Assembly: GCA_043799405.1 (NCBI GenBank)
Contig: JAZDNT010000003.1
Coordinates: 271,461-335,460, forward strand
From: Candidatus Kerfeldbacteria bacterium
GTDB taxonomy: Bacteria; Patescibacteriota; Patescibacteriia; SBBC01
DNA: 64,000 bases
Reading direction: 5' to 3'
Shown piece by piece: positions 45,402 through 53,801 of the stretch. The position numbers were made by a program, and so were the translations under genes. The notes beneath the pieces were generated by a model. The model made no database searches, had not been told where the DNA came from, and saw only the letters and a list, made by a program, of their open reading frames with translations. Each line of letters starts with the position of its first letter. The first letter of the stretch is position 1.

Positions 45402-46742
45402 TTACGACTGTACATGCTGTGACCGCAACCTCTCTAGTAAATCCGTGACTTTCTTACTAATTTCAAGCGGTGCGGGATGCTCATGAAAAATATCTTTCAG
45501 CTGTTCGGGCAGCAGTGAAAGCTGGCCCATAGTATACTGTCTTCGTTTTTCGATCGACGGCAATCTATACACAAGTTTTCCCTTCCTGAATACGGGAACA
45601 AGGAGCGGCGTTCCGAGGTCTTCATTCTCAAGACCGATAATGTCCTTCTCGATCAAGCCGTCTTTCACAATCCTGAATACCTGTTTCTTCCCGGGTAAGC
45701 TAACTTTATTCGCAGAAAATTTCGCAGTGTACCGGATTGTATTACCGTCCTCGATCTGCGCGAGCTTATAGACCGTTTCGAGTTTCGGCGCGTCGGCGGA
45801 CGTTACCACCTCGGTCACAACGAGGAAGATGTCTGCCGGAATTCCCTGTTCAATGAGTCTTGAAATCTTATATTCATCAAGGTTGCTCGCAACGCTGATC
45901 GTCGTCTGCGTGTGACCGGCTTCATCGAGCTTCTTCCGGACATACATCGCGTTCTTCAAGAGGTCGCCGCTGTCAACGGTGACGTCTTTTAGGTGTTTTC
46001 CGCGTTGTTTCATTTCATGAGCGACGGTTATAACGTTCGCAACGCCCTGCTCAATGCCGTACGTGTCCACCATCGGCGAGATGATGTCCGGAAAATGACG
46101 GACCGAGGCGCGGAACGCCTCCAGTTCAGTGTTGAATGACTTTACGAATGCGTGGTTCGCGTTGAACGTCGATGCCTCAGATACGAGGTTCATTCTCATC
46201 GCCGTCACGGCATTGCTGAAACCCATGTGGTCGAAAAAGAGCGCGTTCCGGCCTGCGCGCCATCCCGCATCAATGCCCTGCGCGCGGACAAATCCGACTC
46301 CGCACCGGATATCTTTCGCGGCGATCCGTACGCGGGCGAGTTTGGACAGGAGCAGCGTATCAATGTTGGACAGCGCGATGAGCTGGTCGGTGATCAGGTT
46401 CGCTTCGATTATAGGTGCGGTGACGCGCACGATAGGTTCACCTGGAAAATGGACTGTACCTTCAGGGAGCGCATCGATATCGCCTGAGAAAGAAAAATTC
46501 CTCAGGTAGTCGGCGAACTTCTTATTGATCTGTTTCGCATCGAGAAGGTGCTTGATGAGCGCTTCGTCGTACCGGAGATTCTTAATGAAACCGATAATCG
46601 CCTCAAGCCCTCCCGTAACAAGAAAATTCCTTTTCGGCGCATCGCGTATTAAAAGATCGCACGTAGCAATGAGGTGTTCCATCCCCTCGTTGAAAAATAT
46701 CGTCCCGACCCCGAACTGATGCTCAAGCCCGAAACCGGGCAA
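45402..46742 (-). CDS. nicotinate phosphoribosyltransferase (NAPRT)-family protein 1
   Basis: 446 aa. ..NEGM.., GGLEAI, FSG.I.ALPEGT, VDSGDL and LVVTEV..S motifs parallel NAPRT/PncB class II. TTG start in the ORF track. Confidence 0.7.
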   Translation of the reverse strand: MPGFGLEHQFGVGTIFFNEGMEHLIATCDLLIRDAPKRNFLVTGGLEAIIGFIKNLRYDEALIKHLLDAKQINKKFADYLRNFSFSGDIDALPEGTVHFPGEPIVRVTAPIIEANLITDQLIALSNIDTLLLSKLARVRIAAKDIRCGVGFVRAQGIDAGWRAGRNALFFDHMGFSNAVTAMRMNLVSEASTFNANHAFVKSFNTELEAFRASVRHFPDIISPMVDTYGIEQGVANVITVAHEMKQRGKHLKDVTVDSGDLLKNAMYVRKKLDEAGHTQTTISVASNLDEYKISRLIEQGIPADIFLVVTEVVTSADAPKLETVYKLAQIEDGNTIRYTAKFSANKVSLPGKKQVFRIVKDGLIEKDIIGLENEDLGTPLLVPVFRKGKLVYRLPSIEKRRQYTMGQLSLLPEQLKDIFHEHPAPLEISKKVTDLLERLRSQHVQS

Positions 46743-46928
46743 TTCAGAATCGTTGACTAAACGTGATGATCTTTTTGTTCGTGGCGTATTATTTATTCAA
46801 TGGCTGAGAGGAGGCTGAAAATCTTACTTTGTCCGAGTTCGGGATCTTCGAACGGAGGACGAAACGCATGTGATTGAATTCTAGTTGTATTAAGTAATAT
46901 CTGCTTCTTTTCGCTAGCTATTCGGGAC

Positions 46929-46970
46929 CCGCGCAAGCATTATAAGGGTCTGCGGATTCTGATAATTTTG
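46929..46970. repeat. direct repeat R1 flanking the fibre-like gene
   Basis: cccgcgcaagcatta (15/15 identical to 49260..49274), followed by a related ggatt.tctga..atttt segment. Confidence 0.6.
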
Positions 46971-46997
46971 GTTGTTTTGACCTGCTCCTAGAGTCCG

Positions 46998-49043
46998 CTA
47001 CTTTTCCGCGTAGTAGAGGGTTAGGATGTTTGCTTCGAACATCGGGTCGCTGCTCCCGGCGTTGTATAAGCCATTTTGCAGCGCTCCGCGGATCCCGTTC
47101 TGCCAAATAATCGGGTCTTGGACGAAGAGCCGATAGCTTTCGGATTTGCTCACACCATCCCAATACGTCGTACCCCAATTCTGCGTCGCGATTTCACCGG
47201 CAGAGAAGTAGAAGGGGTTTAATCCTAGGATGTCTTCGCCACCGGACGTCTGCCACACCGGATCGCCCGACCCGTCGGTATAGAAGCGCCAATTTCCTTC
47301 ATACGGATCGGGTTGGTTGGTTTGGTCGCCGGTCGGCTTGAAGCTGGCAAAAATCCCCACCAGCATCCCCGGTTTCGAAGATACATTCAGGAACGTCGAT
47401 TCCGGATCGTTATAGTTCATCGTGTTGCGCAAAGTTGCAGCTTTCAAGCGCCATGATTGATAAGGGAAACTGGATGTTCCCTCCTCATAACTCACCCAGT
47501 GGTAATTGCTCAGTCCAGTGACCGGTTGCGGCGTCCCGGTGCGATTCCAATACTGAATCAGTATTCCGTTCTCGAACGGTATCGGCAGGCTTAATGTCAG
47601 TGCGATGTTCGATCCACCGGAGTAATCCATGACCGCGGTTTGGTATACCTGACCCGGCGTCTTCGTCGTATCGTAGACTCCACCCATGAGCATACCGAGC
47701 GGGATTTGCGCCGTAAGATACTGTGTCGGCGGATTGGCGGTATCGGCGATATTACCTGCCCCGACGTAGATCCGAAGTTCATAGTCGTCAACGTCCGTCC
47801 AATCGCTGAAACCGATCGTGCTGCCGACCGACCAAATGTTCCGGACCACGCCGCTCTTGCCCTCGCCGAGGTACAGTAGATAATTCGGTGTCGTGGGATG
47901 GACGGTTGAAGGGTAATTATCCCACCAATCGGTTTTCTGCGGGCCAACGTATGGGAACCGGTAGATGTCCTGTGGAGTGAAGTAGCCCTGGTCATCCGCG
48001 CACTGCCACGAGCCACTCATGTATTTCAAAATCTGCTGATCATCGCAGGAAGTGGTCAGGGCAATGCTGTAACTGCCGTTGTTGTTGTTCGTTACCTGTA
48101 CGATCGAGTTCCCGACAATCGACTTCACCACGCTCCCATCCGAAGCGATCTGCGTGGCCGTAATGGTGCCGGTCGCAATCTTCGCCGCGGTCAGGGACAG
48201 GTTGGCTATTTTGTTCGTGGTCACGGCGCCATCGGCGATCTTTTCGCCTGTCACGGCGCCGTCTGCAATTTTATCCGTTGTCACCGATTGGTTTGAGATC
48301 GTTCCCCCGGACACTGCACCATCAGCAAGTTTTGTGCCAGTGATTGAACCATCTAATATTTTTTCACCGGTAATAGCACTGTCGGCGATCTTGGAGCCGG
48401 TGACAGCGGCAGTTTCTATTTTCGCCTCGGTGACCGCATGGTTGGCAATCTTGGCGGTAATGATGCTGTCGGACTGCAGATGCACGGCTTTAATTTGGCC
48501 GTTCGCGATCTTGTTGGATTTAATCACGCCGTTGAGGATCTTCACTTCCGTTACCGCGCCGTTCTTTAATTTAACTGTGGTCACCGCGGCATCAATCAAC
48601 TTCACAGTAGTTACGCTATTTTTAGCCAGACGCCAGCCATAAATGATGTCGTTGGACGTAATTCTGACTTTGGCGGTCGTGCCGTCCGGGTATTGAATGG
48701 TGGCGTTCGGAGATAATGCCCCATTAGTGACCGTGGCTGCCGTTACCACTGCGCTGGCGATCGATCCATTCGCAAGCTGGGTGGTCAGATAGACCTTTCC
48801 AGCCAGTGTAGCGTCCATGACGGAATCTCGGTTTAGGATAACGTGATCGATGGTGTCCGAAGAGACGCCGGATACCTGGAATAATGACCGTTCACCGATA
48901 AAGGAAACCTGCCGTTGTAGATCGGTATACTTGACGTACACATAACCGGATACCAACACAAAAACTGCGATGGAGGCAACGATCGTGATTGATCGTGCAT
49001 GCATGAATCTGCGATTTTTCAGGCAGCGCATTGTCAACATCAT
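46998..49043 (-). CDS. membrane-anchored fibre-like protein: ~18 x 11-residue repeats plus beta-jelly-roll-like C-terminal domain
   Basis: 681 aa. N-terminal TM helix. Residues ~135-330 consist of (I/L)x(D/N)GAVTxxKI-type undecapeptide repeats. The C-terminal 350 aa (..YEGNWRFYTDGSGDPVWQTSGGEDILG..) are tentatively DUF2961/GH172-like. Confidence 0.6.
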   Translation of the reverse strand: MMLTMRCLKNRRFMHARSITIVASIAVFVLVSGYVYVKYTDLQRQVSFIGERSLFQVSGVSSDTIDHVILNRDSVMDATLAGKVYLTTQLANGSIASAVVTAATVTNGALSPNATIQYPDGTTAKVRITSNDIIYGWRLAKNSVTTVKLIDAAVTTVKLKNGAVTEVKILNGVIKSNKIANGQIKAVHLQSDSIITAKIANHAVTEAKIETAAVTGSKIADSAITGEKILDGSITGTKLADGAVSGGTISNQSVTTDKIADGAVTGEKIADGAVTTNKIANLSLTAAKIATGTITATQIASDGSVVKSIVGNSIVQVTNNNNGSYSIALTTSCDDQQILKYMSGSWQCADDQGYFTPQDIYRFPYVGPQKTDWWDNYPSTVHPTTPNYLLYLGEGKSGVVRNIWSVGSTIGFSDWTDVDDYELRIYVGAGNIADTANPPTQYLTAQIPLGMLMGGVYDTTKTPGQVYQTAVMDYSGGSNIALTLSLPIPFENGILIQYWNRTGTPQPVTGLSNYHWVSYEEGTSSFPYQSWRLKAATLRNTMNYNDPESTFLNVSSKPGMLVGIFASFKPTGDQTNQPDPYEGNWRFYTDGSGDPVWQTSGGEDILGLNPFYFSAGEIATQNWGTTYWDGVSKSESYRLFVQDPIIWQNGIRGALQNGLYNAGSSDPMFEANILTLYYAEK

Positions 49044-49181
49044 TATGATATTCTAACTGATTTCGCGCATAAAAGCCAATCTTTCCTCGCGAATTGTTTG
49101 CTGTGACATCTCGATGGGTTTGCATGTTTAGCTCTCTGACCCAGTAGTTCTTATCGCTCGATAATAAATTGTGTTGGCGGG

Positions 49182-49211
49182 CCACTGCCAGGTCATACGA
49201 CCTGGCAGTGG
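49182..49211. other. perfect 13-bp stem hairpin in the leader of the fibre-like gene
   Basis: ccactgccaggtc-atac-gacctggcagtgg, about 140 nt upstream of start codon 49043. Confidence 0.7.
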
Positions 49212-49259
49212 GTTAGGCGCCCCATCCACCTACGCGCTAAGTGCGCTTCGGCGGACGAG

Positions 49260-49299
49260 CCCGCGCAAGCATTACAACAAGGATTTTCTGACGATTTTT
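49260..49299. repeat. direct repeat R2 flanking the fibre-like gene
   Basis: cccgcgcaagcattacaacaaggattttctgacgatttt. See R1. Confidence 0.6.
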
Positions 49300-49524
49300 C
49301 TAGAAGGCGACTTGGGGCATGTGGGTCGGGGACTATTGTTAATATTTGAATTTCTTCTACGGTTTTATCGTTCTTTGCGCTTCGGAAAAGGCCGCTTCGA
49401 TCTTTAGAATATCATTCATAATTGAATCTATAACACCGTAATCGACCCATCTATATGGTTCTTGTAATTTATATACTCCGCCGCCGCGATTTCTTTGTTT
49501 CAGCCGTTCAGGAAAACGCTCAGC

Positions 49525-49997
49525 TTAATTCTTTTTATCGGGATGTCGCATATCTTTTCGATTGGGGTCGTATGTTCCATAGTAATACTTTACTACGGTA
49601 GGCCAAACGTCTTTATGTAATTTTTCTATAATCATTTTATTCTGGCCGCTATTTACAATTGCCTCAGCAAATAAGAATTTTAGATTATGATTACCGATAT
49701 ATTTTCCATAGTCCATATTGCCGATGCCCTTTAACCACAATTCAACCCCCCCTGCTTTAAATTAAAAACGATTGGCCAAATAAATTCATAATCTGGGTGA
49801 GATCGAAAACCAAAATCTTTACAAAGACTCTTCCTTATGGATCCGAGCCCAGATTTGTTATTTAAACATACCCTTTGCGCGAGACTTAGGGCGCTAACTA
49901 AATACATTTGCGCCACCACAATCCAATAATAGTGTTTTTCCTTTCTACTAGTTTGAGTAAACTTTTGCGAGTTTGACATAATGTGTCTGAAGATCAC
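49525..49997 (-). pseudogene. frameshifted AT-rich ORF (88-aa + 71-aa halves) split at a G7 homopolymer
   Basis: ORFs 49731..49997 and 49525..49740 overlap. Adding one G to the run at 49746..49752 (minus strand GGGGGGG) fuses ..FNLKQGG to VELWLKGIGNMDYGK... A hand count gives 23/60 G+C for line 49561..49620. Confidence 0.45.
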
Positions 49998-50023
49998 AGG
50001 TCAACTCATATATAAAACTGTAT

Positions 50024-50295
50024 TGGCGGAGAGGGGGAGATTTCCGCCGTCGCTTCGCTTTGGCGGGCAGGCGAACCTGCCCAGAGCGGAGGGTGCGAGA
50101 TTCGAACTCGCGAATCCTTTCGGATTGCACGCTTTCCAAGCGTGTGCACTAGACCGCTATGCGAACCCTCCGCTCTGGGCAATAAATAATGTGCTTTCTG
50201 CGGCGAAGCCGCATCCGGCTTTGCCGGACAAGCGTGCGCCATAGACCACCCACCGCCCTGCGGGGTCCCGCTCTGCGGCGATCGGCCATCTCTCC
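50024..50295 (-). pseudogene. disrupted second tRNA-Ser-like gene surrounding the intact tRNA-Ser
   Basis: Minus strand: GGAGAGATGGCCGA (50295..50282, class-II tRNA 5' end). GGTCTATGGCGCACGCTTG (50247..50229) matches the intact gene's D-loop-to-anticodon-loop at 16/19. GAAAGC (50198..50193) follows a 30-nt double-hairpin insertion. GGCGGAAATCTCCCCCTCTCCGCCA (50048..50024) is T-arm/acceptor/CCA-like and complements GGAGAGA at 6/7. Confidence 0.45.
50087..50171 (-). tRNA. tRNA-Ser (GGA), class II, no encoded CCA
   Basis: Hand fold: GGAGGGT|TC|GCAT-AGCGGTCTA-GTGC|A|CACGC-TTGGAAA-GCGTG|CAATCCGAAAGGATTC (long variable arm)|GCGAG-TTCGAAT-CTCGC|ACCCTCC|G. 85 nt. Confidence 0.85.
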
Positions 50296-50461
50296 GCACT
50301 GGACTCGTACGATGTTAATGATTCGCTGACAAGCGGTTATTGTCCGAGCCTGTCGAGGACGTTCTATAGAAACTTCTCGATTCGGTCGCTCCTCTCCCTC
50401 ACTCGAAGAACAAATCCACGACTTCGAGCTTACTGATTTTCACGCCCGAGCGCAAGCCTGA

Positions 50462-52399
50462 TCAGTGAATAGCGATTTTTTTAATGACGACCGGCTCCTG
50501 CGCTCTATTTCCGAACTTGATCGCGATCTCGGTAACGTACCCGCCGACCATCCAGTTCGTGTACGAGCAGAGTTGGATCGATTGGGTCGGAATAGTCGTC
50601 AATGGAAAACTCTGGAACTCACGATACTCAGGACTATCGTAGGTTTTCCAGGCGAACTCGAAGTCCTCTGGCGCTGTGCCATCGAACGAAACATCAAGCT
50701 TGCGCACATCGCTTACCGGTATGGCTTCGGGCAATACAAACGCAATCCGCGGGTTGCTCCCGAAATCAGATAGCTCGACCCCATTGTCGACCTGCCTGAC
50801 CATGAGGTCTCTCGCCTCCCAGTGGTTCGATATGAACGACTCGGTTGAATCGAATCCGAACGACATCTTGGATGATGGCGGCAGTAGCCACCCGGCAATT
50901 GTCTCGTCAGAAAGTTCTAGGTGATCGTTCCTCCATCCGAGTAAATGCACGACTGTGCCATCATGCGTTTCACAAAGCGACTCTTCTGGTGGAGACCGAT
51001 ACCGACCAACCGGCACAACAGTGACATTGCTATTTCTGAACCGGATATCGAACGCTTCCTTAAAACTGTAGAGGTCATGGAACGCATACGCGCCGTCAAC
51101 GCTCCCGGGAAGCCCATGAACGTAGAGTAGTATCGGACCCGTCGCGTGGGCGATCGCAGGATACCCCTCTGCAACATCATTGATCGCTGTACTCATAACC
51201 CCAGAGGCCTGTATCCAAGGTTTTGCGTTGATTAAGAGCGCCACCGCGTAGACGGCAATGATGCAGAAAAGGAAACCACGCTTAGCAAATCTCATACCTC
51301 TTGCGATGTTGCCTTCGTTCGTAACGAGAATCGCCATGAGCAGCGCGACGCCGGCTGACGGGGCAAGCAGGAATCGAGTGTGCTGAAGGTTCTCATTGAT
51401 ATTGCCAAGAAGCGGCAGAACTGGCAGCGCAAACAGAACGATAATGCCGAACGCTAGTACGACGAGCTTCCAGAAGTTTTTGTCCCTGAACCGCGGTAGT
51501 GCGAGCAAGAACAGGATTGCGGTTGTTCCGACCGAGATGTACCCGTGCCACCTCGACCAGAAATCGGCGACCGGTACGTTCACGCGCGCGAGCGCCGCAA
51601 CGTTAAAACGGAAGGTCAGTGAGTTGACCGCCATCTTGAGGTACGAAGGTTTGAGAGAATCGATGAAACTGCCGACAGTGTTCGGGTTGCTGCCGGAAAG
51701 ATTCCCGAGGACTGCGATGCGCGCGACAAGATACAGGGCAGTAATAGCGAACAATGATCCGTACGCAACAATGAACGGTTTCCACCCACGACCGCGTCCG
51801 TCGCGCAAGAACAGCAGATCGATCAATAGAATAATGAACGGCGTCATGAGCGCGAACTCTTTCGAGAGCGTCGCGAGGAAAAACGCCACGCAGGCCCACA
51901 TGAGCATACGGAGTTTCCCTGTGTCCCGATACCGAATGAACAACATGATGGCCGCGAGCGAACCAGATAACGCAAGCAGATCAGTAACGCTCGAAAGCCA
52001 CACAAATCCTTCGTAGTGATACGGCGTAATGAAATAGATCGCGGTCGTGACCATGGCAAGTTTCGCGCCGCCGATGCGCTTTACGATCCGGTACAGCAGC
52101 CAGACGATACAAAAGTACAGTAAGAGGTGCGCTAGGTGGTACCACACGGGATTCGTACCAAAAACAAAACGCTCAATAAACCAGAACAGGTTCGTGAACG
52201 GCCGCCACACGAACGCGGCGCCGAGCGGCTGCATGACGTACCGAACGATCTCACGGAACCCGTGAGCATGCTCTACGTCGTACAAGAACCGAAGGTCATC
52301 GCCGAGGAATCCAACTTGCGTAACTAATACAAACAATCCGACGCCAACACACACGAGCAGCGCCAGCCAGAGCGTACGGCTACTCGGATGCTTGATCAT
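50462..52399 (-). CDS. GT-C-fold (ArnT/PMT-like) glycosyltransferase-like membrane protein
   Basis: About 645 aa. More than 10 TM helices in the N-terminal 420 aa, with an acidic first-loop motif (GDDLRFLYD), then a soluble C-terminal domain. The ORF track start at 52450 overlaps the upstream gene by 71 nt; ATG 52399 (MIKHPSS) is preferred. Confidence 0.5.
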   Translation of the reverse strand: MIKHPSSRTLWLALLVCVGVGLFVLVTQVGFLGDDLRFLYDVEHAHGFREIVRYVMQPLGAAFVWRPFTNLFWFIERFVFGTNPVWYHLAHLLLYFCIVWLLYRIVKRIGGAKLAMVTTAIYFITPYHYEGFVWLSSVTDLLALSGSLAAIMLFIRYRDTGKLRMLMWACVAFFLATLSKEFALMTPFIILLIDLLFLRDGRGRGWKPFIVAYGSLFAITALYLVARIAVLGNLSGSNPNTVGSFIDSLKPSYLKMAVNSLTFRFNVAALARVNVPVADFWSRWHGYISVGTTAILFLLALPRFRDKNFWKLVVLAFGIIVLFALPVLPLLGNINENLQHTRFLLAPSAGVALLMAILVTNEGNIARGMRFAKRGFLFCIIAVYAVALLINAKPWIQASGVMSTAINDVAEGYPAIAHATGPILLYVHGLPGSVDGAYAFHDLYSFKEAFDIRFRNSNVTVVPVGRYRSPPEESLCETHDGTVVHLLGWRNDHLELSDETIAGWLLPPSSKMSFGFDSTESFISNHWEARDLMVRQVDNGVELSDFGSNPRIAFVLPEAIPVSDVRKLDVSFDGTAPEDFEFAWKTYDSPEYREFQSFPLTTIPTQSIQLCSYTNWMVGGYVTEIAIKFGNRAQEPVVIKKIAIH

Positions 52400-53789
52400 G
52401 CTTTCGTACCGATCTTTGGATGCCTGCGGCAGTTGCCCGCGTAAGTGCACTAAGCCGGGGGCTGATCTTCACGGGGTACGTTGCCCTTCTATTAATCTGG
52501 AACAACTGCGGATCGAACTTCTTTCTTTCGCGTTGGTAATATGCGCCGATCTCCGTTGGTTCCGGACATTGATATACCAAATGTCCTGATCGGATTATCG
52601 GATGTAGCAACGGTACGCCCGCAACACGTTCTCCTACCAACCCAAGTGTATCATGTATAAATTGTCCGCTGCGCGTATGACGGTACACCTGCTTCCGGCC
52701 GGGGAACGACTGCTTCTTTGTCGACGTCTTCATGACGGGAACCATCCGTTTACTACGCTCAACCTCAACCATTTTATACACGAGCTCAAGCGTCGGCGCA
52801 TCTGTCGGCGTTAAGATCTCGGTAACACCCGCGTAGACGTCGATCGGGGCTCGGGCGCGCTCGAGCGCTGAAACCTTGTACTCATCGAGGTTGCCCATTG
52901 CAAATATCTTCGCATCATGAAGTCCGGCTTCGTCGAGCATCCGACGCGCCGTCCTGCTCAATGAGAGAATATCACCGCTATCGAGCTGTATGCCTGTCGG
53001 GCGCATGCCGATTGCGCTCAATTCACGTGCTACCTCGATGTACTGCCTGATCCCACGGATCGAATCGTACGTATCAACGAGGACGTACCCGCGGCCTTTT
53101 GTATGGCGCAGATACGATCGGAATGCAGCGCGTTCATTCTTGAAGGACGTTATGAGGTAGTGGAATGTCCCGATAGCAAACGGCGTTCGTCCGCCGTGAG
53201 TGTACTCATAACCGACATGCGAGGTCTGGATGCCGAACACCTTCGAGAGCCGCGTTGCCTGTAACGCCGCATCAGTTCCATAACTGCGATTGAACCCGAG
53301 CGTTACCTGCTTCCCGTTCGCGGAGTGGACGAAACGGGAGAACTTCGTTGCTAGGATCGTCTGCAGGTACACCGCGTTGATGATGAACATTTCGACGTAC
53401 TGCGCCTCGATGAGAGGCGCCGTGATGCGGATGACCGGTTCGTTTGGGAAGAAGATCGAACCCTCGGGCATTGCCCAGAGATCGCCGTTAAAATGAAACT
53501 GCTTCCAGTACGCCATGACATCAGGCGAAAATCCGAAAGAACGCTTGATCCAACGGAGTTGGTCCGATGAAAAACGAAGTTTCGTGAGAAACTCTATGAC
53601 ACGCTCAAGTCCGGCGAACACAAGGTAGTTCCGCGCGTCAGGAAGATCGCGGACGAACAGATCGAACGTCGCCCTCGTATCGCGCATTCCTTCGTTGAGG
53701 TAAAGCGACGCGAGCATGAAGCGAGAACCGCTCGTCACGAGCGGGAGCGCCTCGTCCGGAATACGCTGACCAGTTCGCTTACGCCGCAT
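52380..53789 (-). CDS. nicotinate phosphoribosyltransferase (NAPRT)-family protein 2
   Basis: 469 aa. LASLYLNEGM.., FAGLERV, F.GDLWAMPEGS, LDSGDIL and GVTEILT motifs. A divergent paralog of 45402..46742. Confidence 0.75.
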   Translation of the reverse strand: MRRKRTGQRIPDEALPLVTSGSRFMLASLYLNEGMRDTRATFDLFVRDLPDARNYLVFAGLERVIEFLTKLRFSSDQLRWIKRSFGFSPDVMAYWKQFHFNGDLWAMPEGSIFFPNEPVIRITAPLIEAQYVEMFIINAVYLQTILATKFSRFVHSANGKQVTLGFNRSYGTDAALQATRLSKVFGIQTSHVGYEYTHGGRTPFAIGTFHYLITSFKNERAAFRSYLRHTKGRGYVLVDTYDSIRGIRQYIEVARELSAIGMRPTGIQLDSGDILSLSRTARRMLDEAGLHDAKIFAMGNLDEYKVSALERARAPIDVYAGVTEILTPTDAPTLELVYKMVEVERSKRMVPVMKTSTKKQSFPGRKQVYRHTRSGQFIHDTLGLVGERVAGVPLLHPIIRSGHLVYQCPEPTEIGAYYQRERKKFDPQLFQINRRATYPVKISPRLSALTRATAAGIQRSVRKHDQASE

Positions 53790-53801
53790 ATGTAAATGCT
53801 A

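Noticed and set aside
46743-46997. A candidate riboswitch or leader RNA upstream of the NAPRT-like operon (255-nt spacer with some hairpins).
   Set aside because: I could not recognise any known riboswitch core (for example the NAD+ nadA motif) by eye. The spacer is better explained by the R1 repeat/promoter-like TATAAT and the terminator region of the fibre gene.
48079-48642. Tandem nucleotide periodicity in the fibre gene, considered as a CRISPR-like array or a DGR variable/template repeat.
   Set aside because: The repeats are 33-nt in-frame coding repeats (undecapeptides) without spacers. No second template copy and no reverse transcriptase are present in the window.
50172-50300. GC-rich structured stretch considered as tmRNA, SRP RNA, RNase P RNA, 6S RNA or tRNA-Sec.
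   Set aside because: No conserved cores are visible: no GGUUCGA T-loop, no SRP GGAA/AGCA motif, no RNase P GAGGAAAGUCC, and no UCA anticodon loop. It is better explained as the 5' half of a broken tRNA-Ser-like gene interrupted by small hairpin insertions.
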